Below, piece by piece: positions 1-9,535 of a stretch of DNA of 64,000 nt. Origin of the DNA: a virus (Duplodnaviria > Caudoviricetes); the IMG/VR virus record IMGVR_UViG_3300028888_001628, positions 32,001 to 96,000 of that record. One strand, 5' to 3'. The notes under the pieces were generated by a model, which was not told where the DNA came from, searched no databases, and saw only the letters and a list, made by a program, of their open reading frames with translations. Numbering within the stretch: position 1 is the stretch's first letter; each line of letters begins with the position of its first letter. The position numbers and the translations under genes are program-made.

Positions 1-88
1 TAGTCGTCAGATTCAAAGAATGAAAGATAGACTATATAGCGATGATCTTGATAACGATAGTGGTGATGATAACGTTTATGATTTCTAA
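1..88 (+). CDS. 3' end of a hypothetical protein (partial)
   Basis: Open frame from position 2 reading SRQIQRMKDRLYSDDLDNDSGDDNVYDF to TAA at 86-88; same strand as all other genes. Confidence 0.55.
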   Translation, partial: SRQIQRMKDRLYSDDLDNDSGDDNVYDF

Positions 89-121
89 ATATTTTTATAA
101 CTTACCATAAGGAATTATATT

Positions 122-1330
122 ATGAAATATAAAATAGTTAAAAATGAATCCTTCGATAAATATATTGACTATATTATGCGTGGGCGAGGTCGTCGATTTG
201 AAGACCGCTGGGATAGCCTTGATTTAGATGATGTCGCTGCTGATGTAGAAGTACCTTCAAATAGTGAGATCAGCACTGCAGTACGCGAACTTGATTTGTT
301 TGATGATGTTGCTATAAAGACTGGTGCTGGTGATGTTAAAGTCGGCGGTGATGGCAAACTTCGTTTACTAGACTTTGATGATGAGCCTGTTAAAAAGCAA
401 TCTAAATCTGACGATGACGAGAAACCAGACTCACGTACTAAGGGTCTTGATTGGGATGATGACGGTAACAAAGTTAGCAATAAAAAATCCGCTATTGGCG
501 GTGTTATTGGTGCACTTGATTACGATGATGACATTGATACTTCAAAAATTGTTGCTTCTATTGATGATGTTTACGCGGCATTATCAAGTGCAGATCCTAA
601 GGTTGTAAAATCAATGATTAAACGATATGCTGCAGATATTACAGATGAGAATAAAATCAAAGAGGTTTTATTAGGCCATGCAGTACAGCTAAATTATGAA
701 TCTCTACGTGTTATGTGTGGTGATATGAAAGTTGTACTATCTGCTAAAGAAAAGCAAATAGAGTATATCGATAGAGGTGATATTACAAAAGCTCTAGAAC
801 GATTTAAAAAGATTGCTTCTAAATTAGATGGCTCAAATAATACGTACGGATTAATTCCAAATGCTATTGTATCATGTAATGAAAATGATCAGATTAAATG
901 TACTAATATAATTGACTTTCTTATGACATGGTGTGAACTTCCACTTGTACCAATGTATTTCCGCGGTGCTATTGTAAAGAAATGTTATAGCTTAGCTGAT
1001 TTCTTAATCGATAATATGCCAGATGTTAAATTCTCGGTTGAGTTTTTAGTTGGTGCACGAGGATTACTTACACGCACTAAAAATTACACTGACATTCCAA
1101 AGAGTGTATTAAATAAGATTGTTGAACACGTTGACGTTGAAAAATTAAGATCTACTACTATTGGTGATCTAATGATTATGATGGCAAATAATAAAAATAA
1201 TAAAGCTGTTAAAGATATTTATGCAAAATGTAGCGATAATAAAAAATATATGGTGATTGACTATATTGAAGAAAACGAAATGGCTGCATTTCAAACTATC
1301 TCAGATATTCTCAATCTCGACAAAGAATAA
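122..1330 (+). CDS. Hypothetical protein; acidic N-terminal half and helical (possibly degenerate ankyrin-like) C-terminal half
   Basis: 402 aa ORF with AAGGA RBS; VKNES near the N-terminus; repeated LD[LFWY]DD motifs. Confidence 0.7.
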   Translation: MKYKIVKNESFDKYIDYIMRGRGRRFEDRWDSLDLDDVAADVEVPSNSEISTAVRELDLFDDVAIKTGAGDVKVGGDGKLRLLDFDDEPVKKQSKSDDDEKPDSRTKGLDWDDDGNKVSNKKSAIGGVIGALDYDDDIDTSKIVASIDDVYAALSSADPKVVKSMIKRYAADITDENKIKEVLLGHAVQLNYESLRVMCGDMKVVLSAKEKQIEYIDRGDITKALERFKKIASKLDGSNNTYGLIPNAIVSCNENDQIKCTNIIDFLMTWCELPLVPMYFRGAIVKKCYSLADFLIDNMPDVKFSVEFLVGARGLLTRTKNYTDIPKSVLNKIVEHVDVEKLRSTTIGDLMIMMANNKNNKAVKDIYAKCSDNKKYMVIDYIEENEMAAFQTISDILNLDKE

Positions 1331-1334
1331 ACTT

Positions 1335-1365
1335 AATGGCGTATCAATTACGATACGCCATTTTA
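1335..1365 (+). terminator. Intrinsic terminator-like hairpin
   Basis: aatggcgtatc / gatacgccatt inverted repeat followed by T run. Confidence 0.7.
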
Positions 1366-1376
1366 ATATGTAAATA

Positions 1377-2378
1377 ATGCTTATGAAAGATAAATTAATC
1401 TCTCGTTTAAAAAAATTAGAACATAGAATTTCTCTATTAGAGTCTAAACAAGTTGGTATTTTGTATCATGTATGCACGCTAAATGCTTATCTTGACTATA
1501 TATTACCTGAAGATAAATTATCTGCATCTGGTAAATATATGAATTGGCTTTATGGTAGTAATTCTTATGTATCATTTACGCGTGATAGACGATTCGTTGT
1601 ACAAACCGATAATGTACAAGATTCTGATATTCTAGTGCAACTTGTTATTGATGGTGATAAGCTATCAGAGAAATATAAAGTAGGCCCATATAATGACTTC
1701 GCTTATGACTATGACGGAAATGAAATAGATGATAACGAGTTAGTTAAGTATAGAGAAAAAGAAGAAGTTGTTAGAGGACCCATTAAAAATATCTCTAGAT
1801 ATATAAAGAATGTTTATATTGACGCTAGGGATGCAAATAATAGTTCGATAGACAACCTTAAAGATCTCATTGAATTAAATCCGAGTGCAAAATATTTTAA
1901 TTTTATTAGTGGTAAAGACTCTGCGTTTGGTAATTTTATAAAATCACATGGCTTAAAAAATGGTGACTCTGTTAAAGACTGTCTAAATGTATTTACAGAA
2001 TATTATTATACTGTAATGAATAATCTATTTAGTGGTGATATACATAAGATAGAAATGGCTATGTGGGCTATGGAAGATGATTCGTCAAAAATAAATAAAG
2101 TGTATGGTGACAAAGGTACTTTATTGAATTACTACTGTGACAGTGATAAGAACACAGATATCGTAAAATTGTTGTTAAAGTACGGTGCTGATGCAAATGT
2201 ACAAAATAATAATGGTGATACTGCATTAATAATTGCAGCTAGAAGTGGAAGTCCTGATATAGTTAAACTTATCTTAAAAGCAGGTGTATATAGAGGTGAG
2301 GTAAATGATAAAGGTGAGACAGCATTTGATGTTGCAGCTACACCATACATAAAAGAACTGCTAGACAAAAAGAAATAG
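1377..2378 (+). CDS. Leader-tagged ADP-ribosyltransferase-like domain fused to C-terminal ankyrin repeats
   Basis: LEHRISLLE leader; LYH...VSFTR...EKEE (ART-type H, S-x-T, E-x-E); ankyrin motifs IVKLLLKYGADANVQNNNGDTALIIAA and KGETAFDVA. Confidence 0.65.
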   Translation: MLMKDKLISRLKKLEHRISLLESKQVGILYHVCTLNAYLDYILPEDKLSASGKYMNWLYGSNSYVSFTRDRRFVVQTDNVQDSDILVQLVIDGDKLSEKYKVGPYNDFAYDYDGNEIDDNELVKYREKEEVVRGPIKNISRYIKNVYIDARDANNSSIDNLKDLIELNPSAKYFNFISGKDSAFGNFIKSHGLKNGDSVKDCLNVFTEYYYTVMNNLFSGDIHKIEMAMWAMEDDSSKINKVYGDKGTLLNYYCDSDKNTDIVKLLLKYGADANVQNNNGDTALIIAARSGSPDIVKLILKAGVYRGEVNDKGETAFDVAATPYIKELLDKKK

Positions 2379-2399
2379 TTAATACAGAAAGCAAATCTA

Positions 2400-2440
2400 T
2401 TGTATATAAAACCTAGTATAATAATACTAGGTTTTATTTT
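2400..2440 (+). promoter_or_regulatory. TTGTATATA motif immediately followed by a 12-bp hairpin
   Basis: TTGTATATA 2400-2408; aaaacctagtat / atactaggtttt 2408-2435; same module recurs through the window. Confidence 0.6.
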
Positions 2441-2448
2441 TATAAAGA

Positions 2449-3522
2449 GTGGTTATGAACAGTGTTACTTATAATTACAGACCGCAGAATTTCTCAAGCA
2501 TAGTTGGTAATGAAATAAACAACAAACTGCTGTTAGAAATAGCAAGATCAGGTGGGCCTTCTACGTTAGTTCTTGCAGGTTCTTATGGTTGTGGCAAGAC
2601 TACATCAGCGAGGTGCTTTGCAAAAGCTGTTAATTGTGATCATCTTACAAATGACATCTGCTGTAAATGTGAATCATGTATGATGGATTTATCAAATAGC
2701 CCATTCTACAGTGAAATGGATTCATCTATAATAGGCAACGTAGATAATATTAGAGATCTATATGAAGATCTAACTTTTGTGCCTAGAGGTAAAAAGAGAG
2801 TGATAGTGTTTGATGAATGCCATTTGATTAGTAGGGCAGGTCAATCGGCATTATTAAAAGTATTTGAGGACGCGCCACCAAATATATACTATCTACTATG
2901 TACAACTAATAAAGACGCTTTACTTCCAACTATCATTTCAAGATCACTTACATTAGAGTTTAATACTAAATCTAAAGATGAAGTAATTAGTAACTTAAAG
3001 AAAATTTCTCTTGAGATGAATATCAATTTACCGGATAGTGTTGCAAGTTTAATAGCACTAAGATCGAAAGGTCATATGCGAGATGCACATAAACTTTTTG
3101 AGAAGTTTTTATTAATAGGTGAGAAGGATTTCTTAAACCTTGAAGAATCAGGCTATATTTATTTAGCAAAATATTTCGCACAGGTGCTATGGTTATTAAA
3201 GAATAATAGAGCCTCTTCAGAAGAGATCAAAAAGCACAAAGAAATAATGATAGAGATAGTTGATCGTTTAATGCGAATACCTATTGCATTATTAAAAGAT
3301 GATTATCAAAACTTATTTCTTGATCTTGCAAAGAAATGTTTTAATAGTGAATACAAAACAGAACCGATAATAGATGCAATAGTAAAACAGTTTGATGTAC
3401 GATCTATAATGAATCTGTACAAAGTTGCATTAGATGATTTCACAATGAGTTCTTTTGATAGTGATATAAGATTTCAAACTGCATTGCTGTCTACATATCA
3501 AAGATTGCTTATGGGGATATAG
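2449..3522 (+). CDS. dnaX: DNA polymerase III gamma/tau-like clamp loader subunit
   Basis: YRPQNF; Walker A GSYGCGKTT; zinc motif C...CCKCESC; DECH; SALLKVFED; TIISR; GHMRDA. Confidence 0.9.
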   Translation: MVMNSVTYNYRPQNFSSIVGNEINNKLLLEIARSGGPSTLVLAGSYGCGKTTSARCFAKAVNCDHLTNDICCKCESCMMDLSNSPFYSEMDSSIIGNVDNIRDLYEDLTFVPRGKKRVIVFDECHLISRAGQSALLKVFEDAPPNIYYLLCTTNKDALLPTIISRSLTLEFNTKSKDEVISNLKKISLEMNINLPDSVASLIALRSKGHMRDAHKLFEKFLLIGEKDFLNLEESGYIYLAKYFAQVLWLLKNNRASSEEIKKHKEIMIEIVDRLMRIPIALLKDDYQNLFLDLAKKCFNSEYKTEPIIDAIVKQFDVRSIMNLYKVALDDFTMSSFDSDIRFQTALLSTYQRLLMGI

Positions 3523-3526
3523 TTTT

Positions 3527-4234
3527 ATGAAAAGACATACTTTAGAGTATAGAATAGCTCGATTAGAGCGATATATAAAAAATGAATTTATAGATCAGTT
3601 CGACAAGCCTAAAAGATCAGAAGAAAAAGAATGGGTAAATGATTTATTCAGTAAATATAAATCGCTAAAAAGTAGTCTTACTACAAATTTAAATTCAGTA
3701 ACAGACACTAATAAAGATAGCCCATTTAATTTAATTTTATCATCTAAAGATAAGTGCATAGATTTTCTTATTACCTCAAAAGGTAATAGAGATGAGATGT
3801 CATGTACGGCTTTTAATAAGGGTGATAATGCAAAGATAGACTCACTGAAAAAATTTCATTTAAATAATGAAATTAACAAAGTTGCAGCATTTATCTTACA
3901 AACACTAAAGAGTCACAAATGTGAGAGTCGCAGTAGAAAGTTCGAAGAAGTATCGTTGACTGCACTTGACTGCCAATACATACTTAAGAGCGTTGATAGA
4001 TTACTTAGTGATATTTCAGATAACGCTTCTTCTAAAGTAGAAGACGATAACTCTGATTATGGATTTATTAATGTAGCTATATATAACCCTAACTATGTAA
4101 CGGACTACGATATTATCGCTCGTGATTATAATAAATTTGAAGTTATACACAACGATAAAAATATTCGCACAGTAAGTGATCTTAAGAAGGTTGCTGAAGT
4201 TGTTGTAAATGATTTTAGTAGCAATTATATGTGA
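3527..4234 (+). CDS. Leader-tagged hypothetical protein (putative internal head protein)
   Basis: N-terminal TLEYRIARLERYIKNE; internal ESRSRKFEE. Confidence 0.6.
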   Translation: MKRHTLEYRIARLERYIKNEFIDQFDKPKRSEEKEWVNDLFSKYKSLKSSLTTNLNSVTDTNKDSPFNLILSSKDKCIDFLITSKGNRDEMSCTAFNKGDNAKIDSLKKFHLNNEINKVAAFILQTLKSHKCESRSRKFEEVSLTALDCQYILKSVDRLLSDISDNASSKVEDDNSDYGFINVAIYNPNYVTDYDIIARDYNKFEVIHNDKNIRTVSDLKKVAEVVVNDFSSNYM

Positions 4235-4259
4235 TACTGATATTTAATAAATGCAAAAT

Positions 4260-4301
4260 AAAGTGTATATTATAACACATCATCGTTATAATATACACTT
4301 T
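4260..4301 (+). promoter_or_regulatory. 17-bp hairpin with TGTATAT-TATAA embedded in the stem
   Basis: aaagtgtatattataac / gttataatatacacttt. Confidence 0.6.
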
Positions 4302-4321
4302 TCTTTTATAAGGAACATTGT

Positions 4322-4954
4322 ATGATAGTTAGTATTATTGGTTTAATAGGATCTGGGAAAACAACTCTTGTTAGTAATCTTGCACGTAATAACGGATATA
4401 CTGTATTTGAAGAACCTGTTAACTCAAACCCATTCTTAAGTGATTATTACAAAGATCCTACTAGATGGAGTTTTACACTTCAAACATATTATTTATGGGA
4501 ACGATATAAACAATCGCAAGAAGCATACATGAGATCTTTACGCGGTGATACTGTAATACTAGACAGTTCTTTATATTCTGATTATGCTTTTGCTATCTTA
4601 CAAAAAGAATCTAACTACTTCACTTATGATGAATTTGCTACTTATTTGAATATGCATTCTATATTAGCAACACAGACAGCGTACCCTGATTTAGTCATAA
4701 AGTTAGAGCTATCACCTGAAGAATCATTGAATAGAATTAATAAGAGATCACGAGAATGTGAATCTAATATTTCAATTGAGTATCTCATTAAATTAGATGC
4801 TGCATATAATACAGTTTTAGAAAAGCTAAATAAACATACTAGTATTGTTAAAGTTGATGCAAGTCCTTGTGAAATGTATGTATATAAAGATGTTAATGAC
4901 ATTATTAATAACTCTAAAGTAAAAGAAAAAGATTTAGATTTAAAATATCTATAA
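4322..4954 (+). CDS. Deoxynucleoside kinase (dNK/dGK family)
   Basis: GLIGSGKTT P-loop; EPV; YYKDPTRWSFTLQ; PDLVI; RINKRSRECE lid. Confidence 0.92.
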   Translation: MIVSIIGLIGSGKTTLVSNLARNNGYTVFEEPVNSNPFLSDYYKDPTRWSFTLQTYYLWERYKQSQEAYMRSLRGDTVILDSSLYSDYAFAILQKESNYFTYDEFATYLNMHSILATQTAYPDLVIKLELSPEESLNRINKRSRECESNISIEYLIKLDAAYNTVLEKLNKHTSIVKVDASPCEMYVYKDVNDIINNSKVKEKDLDLKYL

Positions 4955-5020
4955 ACAGTGATTAAACGTATATCATATAATGTGATATACGTTTTATTAT
5001 TATAAGTATAAGGTGATAAT

Positions 5021-6268
5021 ATGAATGATAAAGAAGTAGAGAGTATAATATTAGCGGAACAGAGCAGACAGAAAAACACTCTTAGAATGATAGCATCTGA
5101 AAGTGAACCGTCTGACGATGTGCTAGAATGCCTTGGGTCATGTTTTACTTCAAAATATAGTGAGGGGTACCCAAATGGAACTAACAACCCAGCCGGCTTT
5201 CGTTACTACCAAGGACAAGAGAACACTAATAAGATTGAGAATCTTTGCATAGAACGTGCTAGAGAAGCTTTTAATTTACCTGACGATTGGCACGTTAACG
5301 TACAAGCGTTAAGTGGGTCACCTGCAAATATTGCTGTCTATACTGCGCTATGTAATATTGGTGATAAAGTTGTTGGCTTAGGGCTTAATTCTGGAGGGCA
5401 TTTAAGTCATGGTCATAAAGTTAATTTTACTGGAAAGAATTATGAAGTTCACCAGTTCGACGTTGATAAAGACACTCAACTAATTAACTATGACAAATTA
5501 AATGACTTTGTTTATAACGCAAGACCTAAGATGATGATTATTGGTACAACTGCATATAGTCGCGTTCTTGATTGGAAAAGATTAAGAGACATTGCAAATA
5601 AAGCAGGTTGTTACTTTGTAGCAGATGTTGCTCATGTTGCAGGTTTAATTGCAGGTGGTGCTTATCCGTCACCGGTCCCGTATGCAGATGTAGTTACTAT
5701 GACTACGCATAAAACACTGCGTGGACCTAGAGGCGCGCTTATATTTTGTAGAAATGAATTTGCTAAAAAGATCGATAGAGCTGTTTTCCCGGGCAACTCT
5801 GGTGGGCCACACATGAATAATATAGCTGGGATTGCAGTTGCTCTTAAAGAAGCTACTACAGAAGACTTTAAAGATTATGCACACCAGGTTGTTAAAAATG
5901 CAAAGTGCCTCGCCAATATTTTATGTAATATTTATGGGTTTAATATTATCTCAGGTGGGACAGACTCTCATTTGATGGTTGTAGATGTTACAAATAAAAA
6001 TATTGATGGGAAAACTGCAGCAATAGCACTTGAAAAAGCTGGCATAGAGTGTTCTTATTCTACTATCCCGTATGATCCTAATCCACCAGCAAATCCATCT
6101 GGGATTAGATTAGGTACTTCAATTTTAACTACACGTGGAATGAAGGAAGATGATATGAGCGTAGTTGCAGCTTATATCAATAAATCATTGGATAATTATA
6201 ATGATGATCAAGTCTTAGAGACTATAAAAGATTCTGTATCTAAATTTGTAAAACAATTTAATAAGTGA
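5021..6268 (+). CDS. glyA: Serine hydroxymethyltransferase
   Basis: KYSEGYP; NVQALSGSPAN; GGHLSHG; PLP-lysine motif TTHKTLRGPRG; GGTDSHL; SGIRLGT. Confidence 0.97.
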   Translation: MNDKEVESIILAEQSRQKNTLRMIASESEPSDDVLECLGSCFTSKYSEGYPNGTNNPAGFRYYQGQENTNKIENLCIERAREAFNLPDDWHVNVQALSGSPANIAVYTALCNIGDKVVGLGLNSGGHLSHGHKVNFTGKNYEVHQFDVDKDTQLINYDKLNDFVYNARPKMMIIGTTAYSRVLDWKRLRDIANKAGCYFVADVAHVAGLIAGGAYPSPVPYADVVTMTTHKTLRGPRGALIFCRNEFAKKIDRAVFPGNSGGPHMNNIAGIAVALKEATTEDFKDYAHQVVKNAKCLANILCNIYGFNIISGGTDSHLMVVDVTNKNIDGKTAAIALEKAGIECSYSTIPYDPNPPANPSGIRLGTSILTTRGMKEDDMSVVAAYINKSLDNYNDDQVLETIKDSVSKFVKQFNK

Positions 6269-6275
6269 GGTACCT

Positions 6276-7040
6276 ATGTTTAATAAGAAACACAAAATGC
6301 TAATTGAGCGACGTCTTTCACGTCTTGAAAAAGCTATTGATGAAGAAATTAAATTAGAAAATTTGTATGAATTTGAAGATGATATTGAGGACGATTTTGA
6401 TGAGTTTGAAGATGAGCTAGAAGATGATCTTGAAGATGATCTTGAAGATGATCTTGAAGATGAGCTTGATGATGATGAAGATGATATGTATGAATCTCGT
6501 CGTCGCAAATTAGAGCGGCGTGTTAGATTCTTAGAACGAAAACTTGCAGATGAAGGTATCCTTGACAGCATTAAAAATGTAGCCAACAAAATTTCTGGCA
6601 AAGCAGCTGATGCTAAATTATCTGCGAAAGAACTTGTTAGTAAACTAAAACTAGAACTTGAAACTATGGCACTCGGTATTACATCAAAGCTTGATGATGC
6701 TGTTGGAGCTTTTGATTGGGGTGATCCAATTATAAAATCAGGGTCTAATGGCATTGTGAGGTGTCGTATTGTAGGTGAAAATGGTAGTTTACCACACACA
6801 AAGCGTACTAAAGATAATGTAGGTATAGATTTAGAGGTTAATACAGACGGCGCTGATAAATTAAAAGATTGCGTTGTTAATTATGACGTGTATATTAATT
6901 CAAAAGCAACAACCGCTAGTGCACCAGATCCTATTAGTGATAGCAATAAATTACTTTCACTATTAAAACCAAACGAATGGAAAAAGATTGCACAATCTTT
7001 TAAACCTGTATTTAATAAGTACGTAGAAGACAATACTTAA
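6276..7040 (+). CDS. Doubly leader-tagged acidic protein (putative head/core protein)
   Basis: LIERRLSRLE, an acidic EDDL tract, then YESRRRKLERRVRFLE; GAGG RBS. Confidence 0.6.
   Translation: MFNKKHKMLIERRLSRLEKAIDEEIKLENLYEFEDDIEDDFDEFEDELEDDLEDDLEDDLEDELDDDEDDMYESRRRKLERRVRFLERKLADEGILDSIKNVANKISGKAADAKLSAKELVSKLKLELETMALGITSKLDDAVGAFDWGDPIIKSGSNGIVRCRIVGENGSLPHTKRTKDNVGIDLEVNTDGADKLKDCVVNYDVYINSKATTASAPDPISDSNKLLSLLKPNEWKKIAQSFKPVFNKYVEDNT
6408..6467 (+). repeat. Coding 12-bp tandem repeat (gaagatgatctt-like, 5 copies; EDDL/EDEL)
   Basis: Three exact copies at 6420-6455 plus two variant flanking copies. Confidence 0.9.
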
Positions 7041-7061
7041 TGTCTAACACATTATAAATTT

Positions 7062-7103
7062 AAGCCCTTAGATTTATTCTAAGGGCTTTATTTGTATATC
7101 TAA
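7062..7103 (+). terminator. Terminator hairpin followed by TTGTATATCTAA motif
   Basis: aagcccttaga / tctaagggctt; motif at 7092-7103. Confidence 0.65.
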
Positions 7104-7142
7104 ATAATAAGACTAACCTATCATTTATAGTGAGGTAGTTAT

Positions 7143-7949
7143 ATGTTTGATTTGTATAATAAAATAAGTTCATCTATAAAAAATCTCTTTAGTAAGAAAG
7201 AAATTAAAACAGAAGTAAAAGATTTTCCAGTTGATAGTAATAATTCTGTAGAAATAAATGTAAACAAAGAACCTATAAATATTACTATTACAAAATCACA
7301 GTATGAGTACGCACATGGAAAACGCTTTAAGAATGGTCAGCCTAAGTGGATAGTTATTCATTATACAGCATGTGCAAATGTGTCAGCTAAATCTATGGCT
7401 AAAGCTATGAAGAATAATACAGGTGCGTCTTCTCATTTTTATATAGATGAGAAAGATATTTACTCTGCAGTACCGCTTGACTATATAGCTTGGCACGTTG
7501 GTGACGGTAAATGTAAACAGCCTTATGGTAAAAAACTATCATTATTAGAATTAAGTAAATCTAAATCTAATGATTGGCGATATGACTTAGCTGCTTCTAA
7601 TCACTTAAAATGGCAAAAAGAAAATGATGACTTCTTAGGGAATTCACAGTCAATTGGTGTTGACATTTGTGTTAAGAAAAAATCTACTAAAACGACAAAA
7701 GCAACTGACACTGATTGGTACTTTGAAGATAAGGCCATTGATAATCTTGCAAAAACTGTTGCTCATCTAATGCAAGAATATAATATAGACATAAATCATG
7801 TAATTAGGCACGGAGATGCGACAGGAAAGTTATGCCCTCGTCCGCTAATATCAATTTTATCAAATGAGGATAATGATAGTAAATGGGAAGCTTTTAAGGA
7901 AAAAGTTAGATATTACAGAGATAGAGGTGTTACTGCAAAGTGGAAATAA
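7143..7949 (+). CDS. N-acetylmuramoyl-L-alanine amidase (Amidase_2 family), probable endolysin
   Basis: WIVIHYTA; ASSHFYID; IAWHVGD; NSQSIGVDIC; VIRHGDATGKLCP. Confidence 0.9.
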   Translation: MFDLYNKISSSIKNLFSKKEIKTEVKDFPVDSNNSVEINVNKEPINITITKSQYEYAHGKRFKNGQPKWIVIHYTACANVSAKSMAKAMKNNTGASSHFYIDEKDIYSAVPLDYIAWHVGDGKCKQPYGKKLSLLELSKSKSNDWRYDLAASNHLKWQKENDDFLGNSQSIGVDICVKKKSTKTTKATDTDWYFEDKAIDNLAKTVAHLMQEYNIDINHVIRHGDATGKLCPRPLISILSNEDNDSKWEAFKEKVRYYRDRGVTAKWK

Positions 7950-7980
7950 AGTAGCACTTTTATCATAAACATGAGGTACA

Positions 7981-9462
7981 GTGATGCCAGCAAGATTAAA
8001 CTTAGACGAGCTCAAAAAAGAGTATATATGTAAGATTTTTGGATGGCTCACTGTACTTGATGTGATTAGAACAGACGCTGGTGCGTACCTTTTTAGATGC
8101 AAATGCAAGTGTGGCGCACTAAAAGATGTTGATAAAAAGCACGTTTTACATGGTAGCATAAAAAGCTGTGGTTGTTATCAAAAGTCTAAAGAAAAAGCCG
8201 ATAAGTATTCTAAATGGTGTAAAGAAAATCCTGATAAGGTAAAGGCAAAAGCAGAAAAAGCAAAAGAATACTTTAAAGAACACCCTGATCAACTTATAGA
8301 GCAAGGTAAATCTCATTCTGAGTGGATAAAAAGTAATGACAGTGAAAGATATAGACTTGCTAATTGGCATAAAGAAAATTCAGAGCTGTCTGCAAAAGCT
8401 TCCGCAAAAAGATCTCAGTGGAGTAAGGATCATCCAGACCTTCAAAAGAAAATAAATGAAAAAGTATCAAAGGCTATTACAGATGATGAAAGAAAGTCGC
8501 GCAGTGAAAGAAGACGTAGATTTTATATAGAGCGGCCTGATGATGCCGCTGAAATGAATAAACGTATAAGTGAAACTGTAAAACAGTTTTGGAAAGACAA
8601 CCCTGACGTAATGGCTAACATTACACAAAAGAGAGCTTTGCTGCTAAAAGAAAACCCAGAAATAATAGCAGGAATATCAGAGTCTGTTAAACAAGCATTT
8701 GCTAAAAAACGGTCAGAAATAGACTTTAGCGGCATCATTGACATTATACATCCTGATTATGTTAGCGATTTACTAAGTGGAAACATAAAATGCGATAGTA
8801 AAGTAATGACGAAATGCCCTAGGTGTAATAATTATGAAACACATCCATTTGGTGCAATATTTAGTCTCAGACAATCTGCTATAAGAAGTGAATTACTATG
8901 TAAAAAATGTGCGTACTCAATTACATCGTCTAAAGCTGAAGGTGAGATAGCTGAATATATTTCATCATTCTACAAAGGTGATTGTGTAAGAAACATACGT
9001 AGCATTATACCACCGCAGGAACTTGACTTATATTATCCTGAAAAGAAAATTGCTATTGAGTTCAATGGTGATTATTGGCATGATGAAAATCATAAACCTA
9101 AAGACTATCACTATAACAAGTTCAAAGCGTGTTTAGAAAAAGGAATCTTACTAGTTTCAATTTTTGAACATGATTGGAACACAAGAAAAGATGTCATTAA
9201 ACAGTACTTAATAGACTTATTTAATGGTACAGAAAACTGTCTATCATTTGTAAATGAAAAATATGTAAATAATAACTATCCACTGCCAAATATGTGTGAT
9301 AAATCATTATTAAGTGTCATTAGCAATAGCTATATTTATGATAAAGATGACGTAAAAGTATTCACATGTGGCTATTCTGAAGTTGGTGATAAACAATGGG
9401 AATTATTTAAAGAAAAAATAAAGTCATACAAAGACAGCGTGATTAAAGTAACAATAGTGTAA
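7981..9462 (+). mobile_element. Free-standing homing-endonuclease-like gene (Vsr/DUF559-type PD-(D/E)xK nuclease, zinc-binding motifs, basic helical repeats)
   Basis: N-terminal CKCKCG...SCGC; W..E/D.P.. repeats; CPRC...CKKC; ELDLYYPEKKIAIEFNGDYWH. Confidence 0.75.
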
Positions 9463-9535
9463 CATTTAAAAGTATCTATTGTATATCAAATAATAGTAAC
9501 TGTGTACACAATTATAATATAGTGGAGAATTTAGT

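Noticed and set aside
7950-9462. Group I intron or intein housing the endonuclease
   Set aside because: The amidase has its own stop and complete C-terminus, only about 30 nt separate the ORFs, and no intron core or intein terminal motifs are visible
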